This document shows, one piece after another, positions 29,469-38,364 of a stretch of DNA of 64,000 nucleotides (the stretch's first letter is position 1; the number at the start of each line of letters is the position of its first letter). This DNA comes from a candidate division WOR-3 bacterium (GTDB taxonomy: Bacteria > Hydrothermota > Tepidihabitantia > B3-TA06): the NCBI GenBank assembly GCA_965649265.1, contig CBFGKC010000008.1:1-64000 (forward strand), read 5' to 3'. A program made the translations under genes and the position numbers. The notes under the pieces are model-generated. The model made no database searches. It was not told the DNA's origin and saw only the letters and a list, made by a program, of their open reading frames with translations.

Positions 29469-30835
29469 GCACGATCAAAGAAAAAGTAATAATCAAACGC
29501 ATCGAAAAATACGATCCTGAGGCAATCAGGAATTTTACCACACAGGCAATCGGGGCTCTTGGCATCAAGCTTTCCGGCAGGGCATTCATCAAGCCGAATC
29601 TGGTCCACGGTCCCCGTTACGCCGAACACGCCTATACGAACGCCGAGTTCATGAGGGGGGTGGTTCAAGGTCTCGGTCAATCAGGCTTCGGTGAGAAGAT
29701 TCTCTACGAGGACTGCGGGTTGATGGTTCCTCTTCGATACGTAGCCAGGAGGTCGGGGTACGATAAATTGTGTCGGCAAGAGGGGCCTCGGTTCCTCAAT
29801 CTCTCTGAATCCGTTTTCGATGCAAGCCTTAAGGTTCCTTCAGGTCAGGTCCACCGCGAACTGCCGCTTCCTTCTATCCTTACCAGAGAAGGTCTGCGAG
29901 TGTTCGTTCCAAAACTCAAGGTTCATTCCCAGACCGATATAACGGGTGCCTCAAAACTCCTCATAGGCATCATCAAGCGGTCCATAAGGCTTCGCAGGCA
30001 TCATTACGACCTTGGATACAAGATTGCCGACGCCCTTGCCGCATATCCGCCCGATCTGATTTTGATAGACGCAATCACCATCGGCGTCAACGGTGTGGGG
30101 TGCCCTGACCCGCGGGATCTAGGTGTAGTAATCGCATCCCGCAACGCGGTGGCTGCGGATGCAGTAGCGGCGTGGCTGCTCGGATTCCTTCCGTCAGAAA
30201 TAGATCACCTGAGGATTGCATCGGAGAGGGGACTTGGTCCTGCAGATTTGAATAGCATAGAGATCATCAATCCAGACGGGGTTAGACCAGCATCTCCGGG
30301 CGCATTCGGAGAGAAGCCGGCCGGAGAACTGAATCCATACATAAGCTACTTTGAAGGTGAGGTGCATGTCGACAAAGAATCCGGCAATTCGAGGCGCTGC
30401 CGCGGCGGGTGTATAGGATTCGTTTCGGAGGCCGTTCACTATATCAACCATTACCGTGATTGGCGTAAGTTAGAAAAGCCGAATCCCGCGGCAAGAGCGC
30501 TTTTTTGGTTTCTGGGACAGGAACCTTATCAGGAGAGACCGAGGAAAGTCGGTGTGGTCGTCGGCAACTACAATGGAAGAATCCCTGATGAACTCAAGAA
30601 AAGTCTGATCTTTGTGGGCGATTGCACAAGAGCGGACGGATATAAACCGATGGTGCATCTCAAGGGATGTCCTGTATACATGGCGCGCAAAGCGTTCACT
30701 TTTGCCGCTCGTGCGCACCTTCTTAATCCCTACATTGACGTTATGGAAGGCATTCCCTTTATTAGAGCCTTTATGGAGGAGCAGTTTATGAGAGTATGGA
30801 ATATTGCGACCTATCATTTGAGGAGGTACAGATGA
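29465..30835 (+). CDS. DUF362 family Fe-S protein
   Basis: IKPNLV, PKLKVH, DAVAA; C-terminal CRGGC, GDC, GCP. Confidence 0.8.
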   Translation: MSTIKEKVIIKRIEKYDPEAIRNFTTQAIGALGIKLSGRAFIKPNLVHGPRYAEHAYTNAEFMRGVVQGLGQSGFGEKILYEDCGLMVPLRYVARRSGYDKLCRQEGPRFLNLSESVFDASLKVPSGQVHRELPLPSILTREGLRVFVPKLKVHSQTDITGASKLLIGIIKRSIRLRRHHYDLGYKIADALAAYPPDLILIDAITIGVNGVGCPDPRDLGVVIASRNAVAADAVAAWLLGFLPSEIDHLRIASERGLGPADLNSIEIINPDGVRPASPGAFGEKPAGELNPYISYFEGEVHVDKESGNSRRCRGGCIGFVSEAVHYINHYRDWRKLEKPNPAARALFWFLGQEPYQERPRKVGVVVGNYNGRIPDELKKSLIFVGDCTRADGYKPMVHLKGCPVYMARKAFTFAARAHLLNPYIDVMEGIPFIRAFMEEQFMRVWNIATYHLRRYR

Positions 30836-31851
30836 CTGGAATATACGTAGCTTTGGGAGCGGTCGTCTTGCTCGCGGTTATACTCCTCGTTGTCGTTCTT
30901 CGCTTATCGGCATCCGAGCGCAGCGCGCGCGCGGAGCAGGAGAGAATCAGGCAAGAGGAAAAAATTCAGCAGGAAGCCATCAAGGAGAAGCTTATTAAGC
31001 TTGAAGCGCTTGCAGAAAATCCGATGGAGATGAAAACACTTGCCGAAATCAATAAGCGTCTGGACGCCACTACGAACCTTTTCGGCGATATACGCAAGGA
31101 CCTGGGAGCGATGCAGGAGGCCGCAAAGGGAATGCATGATATCGGCAAATCCATTTCTTCTTTCCAGGAGCTTCTTCTTTCGCCCAAGGTGAGGGGGGGC
31201 TTCGGAGAAATACTCTTGAATGATCTCATCAAGGACATTCTCCCCGAGGCTCACTACGCATTTCAATACGCTTTTCGCGACGGGAGCAAGGTAGATGCCG
31301 TAATCAAAACCGAGGATCGCGTCATCCCGATAGATTCCAAGTTTCCTCTTGAGGAGTTTCAGCGCATGGCCGCTGATGAGGTCGACGAGGAGACTTTCGA
31401 AAAGCGTTTCATCCAGATACTGAGGCCGCGCGTAACAGAAGTCAAGCATTACATCAAACCTGACGAGAACACGACCAATTTCGCGCTGATGTACATTCCT
31501 TCCGAGAAAATCTACTCTCGCCTGGCGGCTATGGACAACCTCATGACGGCGTTGCGCCGGTCCCGGGTTTTTCCGGTTTCACCTTCGACCTTCTACCAGT
31601 TTCTCGAGACCATTCTTCTCGGGCTGCGCGGCCTGGCAATCGAGAAGGAAGCGCAGCGAATACTCGACAGCCTTAACAGACTGGCCAAGGAGTTTGACAC
31701 CGCGCAGACAGAATGGGAGGTCGTGGGAAAACATCTTTCCAATGCCCGCACCAAATACGATGAGGTCTCTAAACGTCTGGAAAGGATTAACGACAACATT
31801 AAAGCCCTTGAGGTAAGAAGCGAGAAGGGCCAGAAGGAGATTCCCTTATGA
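30832..31851 (+). CDS. rmuC: DNA recombination protein RmuC
   Basis: N-terminal TM plus coiled coil; RGGFGE, PIDSKFP, ALMYIPSE, SPST. Confidence 0.9.
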   Translation: MTGIYVALGAVVLLAVILLVVVLRLSASERSARAEQERIRQEEKIQQEAIKEKLIKLEALAENPMEMKTLAEINKRLDATTNLFGDIRKDLGAMQEAAKGMHDIGKSISSFQELLLSPKVRGGFGEILLNDLIKDILPEAHYAFQYAFRDGSKVDAVIKTEDRVIPIDSKFPLEEFQRMAADEVDEETFEKRFIQILRPRVTEVKHYIKPDENTTNFALMYIPSEKIYSRLAAMDNLMTALRRSRVFPVSPSTFYQFLETILLGLRGLAIEKEAQRILDSLNRLAKEFDTAQTEWEVVGKHLSNARTKYDEVSKRLERINDNIKALEVRSEKGQKEIPL

Positions 31852-32570
31852 AGCTTCTTGAGATGAACACTCACGAATTTGCAAAGCTCGAGCCCGGGCT
31901 TTGCTTCTGGCCGGTCGGGACAGTAGAAGCACACGACATGGGTCCCTTGGGAACCGACGTGATAGCGCCCGAGAAACTTGCCGCTGACCTTAGCGTCGAA
32001 TTCAAGGCGCTCCTCATTCCAACACTCCCTTTCGGTCTCGTATCATCTCTCTCGGGGTACCCGGGGGGGATGTGGATGTCCGATGATACTTACAAGACGC
32101 TCATATTCGAATTGCTTTCATCTCTTGCTGTTTCGGGTGTTGAATCCGTAATAATCTTCAACGGTCACGGCGGAAATACGAATGCTCTTTTCTCGGTTCT
32201 TCCCGAAGTCTGGAAGGAGACCGGGCTTAAAACAGCTTTTATCGACTGGTGGACCGCAGGGAAAGACTTGGCTGAGGAGCGCTTTGGTTCGGCGACCGGT
32301 CACGGCGGCGCTGACGAACTGGCACTCGTCTATGCAGCATCCCCCTCCTCCTCTTTCATCCCATGGGACGGTTCCAGTTCCTTCCTCCACCGTGAAGGGG
32401 TTAAGGCCTATCCATCTCCTCGCTCGTCCATCCGTTACACCGGTTTACCTCCGGTTCCGCTTACTTCCGAATCTGCGCTGGCCTTCTACGACGCCTTGAA
32501 AGACATTATTCGAAAAGTGCTTAAAGACATCCTGTCGGGATGGGAAGAATTCTCGAGGTTAGGACAATGA
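31848..32570 (+). CDS. creatininase family amidohydrolase
   Basis: PVGTVEAH..PLGTD, NGHGGN, HGGADE. Confidence 0.88.
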   Translation: MKLLEMNTHEFAKLEPGLCFWPVGTVEAHDMGPLGTDVIAPEKLAADLSVEFKALLIPTLPFGLVSSLSGYPGGMWMSDDTYKTLIFELLSSLAVSGVESVIIFNGHGGNTNALFSVLPEVWKETGLKTAFIDWWTAGKDLAEERFGSATGHGGADELALVYAASPSSSFIPWDGSSSFLHREGVKAYPSPRSSIRYTGLPPVPLTSESALAFYDALKDIIRKVLKDILSGWEEFSRLGQ

Positions 32571-33352
32571 TAGCGAGGGCGACACACGAAGACAGGCTGC
32601 GAATTGCCGGTCAGATTCGCAGCGAACTGAAAAAATCACTAGGCGACGACCTAAGGGCTTTCGTCATCTTTGCCTCGACGGCAAAGGGTGAGGACGGCCC
32701 GTATTCCGATCTCGAGATGATGGCCATAATGAACGATGATTACGAGGAAACCGCCTGCGGATTCATGCGCGACGGCGTTTACTGCGAGATTTACTACGTT
32801 CCGTTCATGAAGGCTCTCAAAGAGGCTGCTAAGATCGATTCCGAGTGGCCGGTCAACGCCGATCAGTGGCATAAGATGCTGCCCCTGTACGTCAAGGAAG
32901 CAGATGACTGCATAGGTCATATCCAGATGGCTGCATGGCAATCGCTCAATAAGGAAGACGAGTTCATGGCGAACGTACGCTGGGGTATGTTCTCTCTCAG
33001 AGAAGCAATCTCGCAGCTCATGAATTCATGGGAAAAGGGCATCCGCTCCGACATCAACACGTATCTCTACAACTTCTCCTATGGCGTGGTCAAACAGATT
33101 TCCTTCGTTAACCGCTACTTTTACCCGAGCCACCGCAACGCCTGGGAGGAGTCCAAGAAGCTTGCCAAATTACCGAAGGATTACGTCGAGCTCATCGAGA
33201 TAGTCCACGGTGAGACTTCGGCGCCGCTTGAAGTCCGCTACGTGACTGCATTCGGTCTCTGGCAGAATGTGCTTGACTGGATGGATGAAATGGGAATCAA
33301 CTGGCAGGAAGAGGGAAAGTTTAAACTGCCGAAAAAGTTGTCAAGGCGTTGA
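32567..33352 (+). CDS. kanamycin nucleotidyltransferase-like protein (ANT(4')-I/KNTase family)
   Basis: THEDRLRIA, FASTAKGEDGPYSDLEMM, WP motif and helical C-domain resemble KNTase. Confidence 0.75.
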   Translation: MIARATHEDRLRIAGQIRSELKKSLGDDLRAFVIFASTAKGEDGPYSDLEMMAIMNDDYEETACGFMRDGVYCEIYYVPFMKALKEAAKIDSEWPVNADQWHKMLPLYVKEADDCIGHIQMAAWQSLNKEDEFMANVRWGMFSLREAISQLMNSWEKGIRSDINTYLYNFSYGVVKQISFVNRYFYPSHRNAWEESKKLAKLPKDYVELIEIVHGETSAPLEVRYVTAFGLWQNVLDWMDEMGINWQEEGKFKLPKKLSRR

Positions 33353-33359
33353 TTTGCAG

Positions 33360-33976
33360 TTGGATCCTCAAGAATCGTTAAAAAAACTCTTATCGGGACT
33401 CGAACGTTCTCTTACAGAAAACAGGACATACGGTTCAGGCGTTGACCTGAAGCGTCGCCTCCAGCTTTAAGAAAACCAGCGTCCTTATGCAATAATCCTG
33501 ACGTGTTCAGATTCTCGCGTTGTTCCGGAATACATATTCGACGCAGGTCTTGGAGACATCTATGTGTGCAGAAGCGCGGGCAACGCTGTTAATGAACATA
33601 CTCTCTGATCTATTGAACTCGCCGTGAAGCTCACTGCCTGTCCTCTTCTTTTAGTTCTCGGACATACAGGATGTGCTGCAGTCAGAACATCCATATCGAC
33701 TTATCCTGCCAGTTTCGTCGAGGAATCGAGAAACATTAGCGCTGTCATCAATTCAATTAAACAATTAAACAATCGATATCATCGGCAGGGATGCCTTCAA
33801 AGTACCGTGATGCAAAGAATCCCGAAGAGTCGGCGATATTCAATAACGTAAGTAATGCATGTCGCGTGGTCAAGGAAGAGAGTCCGATTATCAAAAAGTT
33901 GACAAACGCACATGAGCTTGTGGTTGTCGGGGCCATTTACGACATTGTAAGCGGAAGGGTAGAATTTCTGGATTGA
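33360..33976 (+). pseudogene. beta-class carbonic anhydrase pseudogene
   Basis: CSDSRV.PEYIFD, AGN, LGHTGCAAV, GAIYDI..G.V all present, but TAA at 33468, TGA at 33606 and an 8-bp duplication frameshift at 33754-33769. Confidence 0.9.
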
Positions 33977-34084
33977 CTCTTCAATCCTTATCAGTACAAT
34001 ATTTCCGAATAAAGATGTCAAGGGTAAGTTAAAGGTTAAAACCCAGATTTTTAAAAACCAAGGAAACACAACCTAGGAGATTCG

Positions 34085-35200
34085 ATGGCGAAATACAAGA
34101 TCGCGGTGCTTCCAGGCGACGGAGTCGGCAACGACGTCACCGAAGCCGGGATGATTGTATTAAAGAAAGTTGGACTCGACGCCGAATACATCTACGGTGA
34201 CATAGGCTGGGAGTTCTGGCGCAAGGAGGGCAATCCACTCCCGCAGCGCACGATAGACCTCCTCAAATCAACCGACTGCTGCCTCTTCGGCGCTATAACA
34301 TCAAAGCCAAAGCAGGAAGCAGACGAGGAACTCGACCCCTCACTTGCTGGAAAAGGACTCGTGTATCGCTCTCCGATAGTCGGACTGCGGCAGCTGTTTG
34401 ATCTGCACACCAACATGAGACCGTGCAAGGCTTACCCGGGCAATCCTCTCAACTACAAGGAGGGCATTGACCTCGTGGTTTTCCGCGAGAATACCGAATG
34501 TCTCTACGCCGGCATAGAGTGGCACCCGGTGCCCGAAAACGTGCGTGCCGCGGTCGATTCGCACCCGGCGGCCAGGAAATTCAAGGATACCTCCAACGAG
34601 GATATGGCGCTCTCGCTGCGTCTCTTTACCCGCAAGGGCTGCCAGAGGATTCTTCGTTCGGGCTTCGAGTTTGCGAAGAAATTCAACCGCCGTTCCTTGA
34701 CCGTCGTAGAAAAGCCAAACGTCGTCCGCGAGACCTCCGGACTCATGGTTCGCGAGGCGCGCAAGATGGCAAAGGAATACCAGGGGGTCCCCCTCTGGGA
34801 GGCCAACATCGACGCCATGTGCATGTGGCTTTTAAAGAATCCTCTCGACTACGACGTGCTCGTCTCCTCCAACATGTTCGGCGACATCATCAGTGACCTC
34901 TGCGGACAGCTCGTCGGCGGGCTGGGCTTTGCGGCGTCAGCGAACATCGGCGACAACTATGCGGTGTTCGAACCCACTCACGGCTCTGCGCCAAAATACG
35001 CGGGTCAGTACAAGGTCAATCCCCTGGCCATGATTCTGACAATCAAGCTCATGCTCGACTGGCTGGGCGAGAAAGACAAGGCGGCAGCGTTAGAGAAAGC
35101 AATCGCGGCCGTTATCGCCGAAGGCAAGGTTCGCACCTACGACATGGGCGGCGGCGCCACGACGCTCCAGATGGGCGAAGCGGTAGCGGCAAAACTATAG
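34085..35200 (+). CDS. isocitrate/isopropylmalate dehydrogenase family protein
   Basis: PGDGVG, RENTE.LY, NMFGDIISD, FEPTHGSAPKYAG, TYDMGG; substrate not resolvable. Confidence 0.9.
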   Translation: MAKYKIAVLPGDGVGNDVTEAGMIVLKKVGLDAEYIYGDIGWEFWRKEGNPLPQRTIDLLKSTDCCLFGAITSKPKQEADEELDPSLAGKGLVYRSPIVGLRQLFDLHTNMRPCKAYPGNPLNYKEGIDLVVFRENTECLYAGIEWHPVPENVRAAVDSHPAARKFKDTSNEDMALSLRLFTRKGCQRILRSGFEFAKKFNRRSLTVVEKPNVVRETSGLMVREARKMAKEYQGVPLWEANIDAMCMWLLKNPLDYDVLVSSNMFGDIISDLCGQLVGGLGFAASANIGDNYAVFEPTHGSAPKYAGQYKVNPLAMILTIKLMLDWLGEKDKAAALEKAIAAVIAEGKVRTYDMGGGATTLQMGEAVAAKL

Positions 35201-35251
35201 ATATTGCTTCCTTTTCGCTCTAAGCGAAAAGAATCGCAAAGCATGAATTTG

Positions 35252-35276
35252 GAAGGCCGGTTCGAATCGGCCTTTC
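35252..35276 (+). terminator. putative terminator hairpin
   Basis: AAGGCCG/CGGCCTT stem downstream of the dehydrogenase. Confidence 0.5.
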
Positions 35277-35412
35277 TGCTCTTGTCGACAAATCATGAGA
35301 GACTATCAAACTCGATGATTTATCAAAGTATGCATGCATTTACTGCGATCTTTTTCGATGGAGAAGGAGCAATAAGTATTGACTCCCCCGCCCTCCTCAG
35401 TAAACTTTCTGT

Positions 35413-36030
35413 ATGAAGTCGTCCACCGCAAAACCCCCAGTACTCCTAATCGAAACGCACCCTGAGCCGTCGGCTGAAAAGCTCGCGCCTTATATCCACT
35501 GGCTCGAGCCGCACTTCGAGGTCACAAACGTATACGTGGCCGCGCTCGAATTAACCTCTGTCTCCCAGGACGCGATAGTCGTTACCGGCTCCGAATGGGA
35601 GATACTCAAGAATCCGGTACCCGACGTCCTCCTCCGATTGTATAAAGAGACACTTAAACCCCTCCTCGGAATATGCTGGGGACATCAGACACTGGCACTC
35701 GCGTGGGGAGCCTCGATAATCTCTAAGCCAATCATCCAGACGATAGAAAAGATGCGTGTCCTCAAACCGGACGAGTTCCTCCATGGCGTGGGGGAGACGT
35801 TCTACGGGTTCGAATCGCACTACGAGCATGTTGTCCGCAATCCCGCACTCCTCGAACATTTCGACATCCTTGCCACCTCCCCCTCCTGCGAGGTCGAGGC
35901 AATTCGCCACAAGACTCGTCCGCTCTGGGGTACGCAGTTCCACCCCGAGCGCTCGGGCGAGCTGGGCCTTCCTTTTGCCGCTAATTTTGCCACCATCGTC
36001 AGACAATTAACCCGACGCCAGGCCTATTGA
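35413..36030 (+). CDS. class I glutamine amidotransferase domain protein
   Basis: LGICWGHQ, QFHPE. Confidence 0.88.
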   Translation: MKSSTAKPPVLLIETHPEPSAEKLAPYIHWLEPHFEVTNVYVAALELTSVSQDAIVVTGSEWEILKNPVPDVLLRLYKETLKPLLGICWGHQTLALAWGASIISKPIIQTIEKMRVLKPDEFLHGVGETFYGFESHYEHVVRNPALLEHFDILATSPSCEVEAIRHKTRPLWGTQFHPERSGELGLPFAANFATIVRQLTRRQAY

Positions 36031-36060
36031 CTTAATCTAATCCCGAAGTAAACTCACAAT

Positions 36061-36657
36061 ATGAAACCTTCAGTCCTCCTCATCAATAGTTACACATCTC
36101 CGGACGATGCGCGACTCCAGCCTTTCATTGACTGGCTTTCGCCTTACCTTGAGGTGAAGACAGTTCACCTGGATAATCTTGGAGCAGCAGAGGTCAAAGA
36201 GGACGGAATCGTAATCAGCGGTTCCGAGCGTTTGATAACGAGCGAGCACGTTCCACAGGCGCTGACAAAACTTGTTCTGGAAACCGGAAAACCTGTTCTT
36301 GGAGTCTGTTACGGTCACCAGGCGCTTGCCGTGGCCTGGGGCGCTAAGATAGCAAAAAAGAAAAACATCGAGGAGGAAGAAGTCATCCGCGTAACACACA
36401 GCAAGGGGCTCTTAAGCAACCTTGGGCTTTTCTTCAACGTCATCGAATCCCACGCCGAGCATATCGTCCATGACAAGCACTTGACGAAGAACTTCGAAGT
36501 GATGGCATACTCCGATTCCTGCAAGGTTGAGGTGATAAGGCATCTTGAGCGGCCGTTGTGGGGAGTGCAGTTTCACCCCGAGCGCTCCGGACAGGTGAGT
36601 GTGCGTCTTGCCTCCAATTTCGCACAGCTTGTCGCCGCCCCCTCTGCCAACATTTAA
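36061..36657 (+). CDS. class I glutamine amidotransferase domain protein, paralog
   Basis: LGVCYGHQ, QFHPE. Confidence 0.88.
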   Translation: MKPSVLLINSYTSPDDARLQPFIDWLSPYLEVKTVHLDNLGAAEVKEDGIVISGSERLITSEHVPQALTKLVLETGKPVLGVCYGHQALAVAWGAKIAKKKNIEEEEVIRVTHSKGLLSNLGLFFNVIESHAEHIVHDKHLTKNFEVMAYSDSCKVEVIRHLERPLWGVQFHPERSGQVSVRLASNFAQLVAAPSANI

Positions 36658-36745
36658 CCCGTAACACCTACCCGTAACACCTACCCGTAACACCCACCCG
36701 TAACACCCACCCGTAACACCCACCCGTAACACCCACCCGTAACAC
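36657..36745. repeat. 13-bp tandem repeat, 7 units
   Basis: ACCCGTAACACC(T/C) x6 plus a final ACCCGTAACAC. Confidence 0.95.
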
Positions 36746-36937
36746 ATCACTCCACATGTATGTAAGGTTTTCTGCCAGGTGGAGAATCAAAGCCTTGGGA
36801 TGAGTTTCCGCACCATGGGTCATTTTCGAACTTGAGTTGAATCACATGGCAATTGCTTTTGAACCTTTCCATTTTGTTTTCTCAACATGAGGCCTTTCTT
36901 TGCCTTGACAGGACGGGGAGGGCTTATATACTTCCTC

Positions 36938-38362
36938 ATGAATAAGAGATTGATTGCATTAGCTTTGTTCGTAGTAGCGTGCGGGGGGAAACAGGTATTC
37001 AAAGAGACCCCCATCAAGCCGGGTGAGGACTGGATGGGTATCTATATCAAAGATCAGAAGATCGGCTACATTTACTCCAGGGAAGAGGTCCGAAACGGCA
37101 ATTACACCTTCATGCAGAAGTCGACCATGAAGCTCGAGATGCTTGGCTCGATAGAAACCTTTGCCACAACACTTAAGGCCACGACCGACGCGTCTCTCGA
37201 TCTCAAGGAATTTTCTTTCGACATCGCCTCGCGACAGACCAGCTTTTACGCTGAAGGCAAGAGACAGGGTGATAAGATTCTCATAAGCGTCGAAACCGCC
37301 GGCAGAAAGGAAAAGAGAGAGGTGGCACTCAAGGGGCCGGTTCTCATAACACCGGCGCTCGGTCACTGGGTCCTCGCGCAGTCGCCGAAACTAGGTGATA
37401 ATCTCAAAGTGGACGTGTTTGATCCTACACTTCTCAAGACGGTGCCTGTCACTGTAAAAATGCTTTCAATAGATACTCTCGATCTTGGCGGAGGGAAGAG
37501 AATGGTCACGAGTCATTTTGAGACCCGCATGATGAACCTTTCGTCCGAGGTCTGGCTCGATTCGACCGGTGTGAGCGTCAAGGAACTCCAGCAGCCAGGG
37601 ATCGTCATGATTCGCGAATCGCGCGACAAAGCGCTCGAGATCGAATCAAACATCGAGAAGCTTGACCTTCTGAGCTTCTTCGCGGTGCGCCCAGATTCCT
37701 CGATAACCAGCCCGAGAACTATCAGGGAGTTGAAGATCAAAGTCGAAGGTATTGGTCCCGAAGACAGCCTTTCGCTTACTTCGCCGACGCAAAGACTCTC
37801 GAATACCACTAATGGGTTTGAACTCACCGTAGTGTCTCCCGATACATCCGGATTGAAGCGCACGACCATTCCCATGAGCGAACCTGCGGAGTTCCTTGCC
37901 TCATCCGTCTACATTCAGACCGGCGACAGGGAAATCAAGGAAACGACATCCCGCATAATCGGTTCCGAGACTGACGCGCTCAGTGCATCGAGAAAGCTCG
38001 TCGACTGGGTATACAAGAATTTGAGGAAGAGAGCGACCGCTTCGGTTCCGTCCGCGGTCGAGGTTCTTCACACGCTTGAAGGCGACTGCAATGAGCACGC
38101 CATACTTCTTGCTGCACTTGCCAGAGCTGCGGGCATACCTGCAAAGATAAACGTCGGGCTAGTCTACCTTGAAGGCGCTTTCTACTATCACGCATGGAAC
38201 TCGCTTTACATTGGCGGTACATGGCTGCCTGTCGATGCCACCTTCGGTCAAATCCCTGCCGATCCCACGCACATCCAGCTTCACGAGGGAGAACTTGACG
38301 AGCAGGCCAAGGTGCTCTCGGTGGTCGGCAAAATAAAGATCGCCATCCTTTCCTACAGATAA
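36938..38362 (+). CDS. transglutaminase-like domain lipoprotein
   Basis: Lipobox VVAC; GDCNEHA, YHAW, PVDAT catalytic triad; ATG 36938 follows TTGACA-N16-TATACT. Confidence 0.88.
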   Translation: MNKRLIALALFVVACGGKQVFKETPIKPGEDWMGIYIKDQKIGYIYSREEVRNGNYTFMQKSTMKLEMLGSIETFATTLKATTDASLDLKEFSFDIASRQTSFYAEGKRQGDKILISVETAGRKEKREVALKGPVLITPALGHWVLAQSPKLGDNLKVDVFDPTLLKTVPVTVKMLSIDTLDLGGGKRMVTSHFETRMMNLSSEVWLDSTGVSVKELQQPGIVMIRESRDKALEIESNIEKLDLLSFFAVRPDSSITSPRTIRELKIKVEGIGPEDSLSLTSPTQRLSNTTNGFELTVVSPDTSGLKRTTIPMSEPAEFLASSVYIQTGDREIKETTSRIIGSETDALSASRKLVDWVYKNLRKRATASVPSAVEVLHTLEGDCNEHAILLAALARAAGIPAKINVGLVYLEGAFYYHAWNSLYIGGTWLPVDATFGQIPADPTHIQLHEGELDEQAKVLSVVGKIKIAILSYR

Positions 38363-38364
38363 CC

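Noticed and set aside
33606-33608. TGA as selenocysteine or recoded Gly in the carbonic anhydrase
   Set aside because: The same gene also has a TAA and a frameshift, the position is not a Cys, and TGA ends many intact genes in the window
36412-36750. ORF with CYGWVLRVGVTG repeats
   Set aside because: Translation of the 13-bp VNTR plus antisense of a GATase gene
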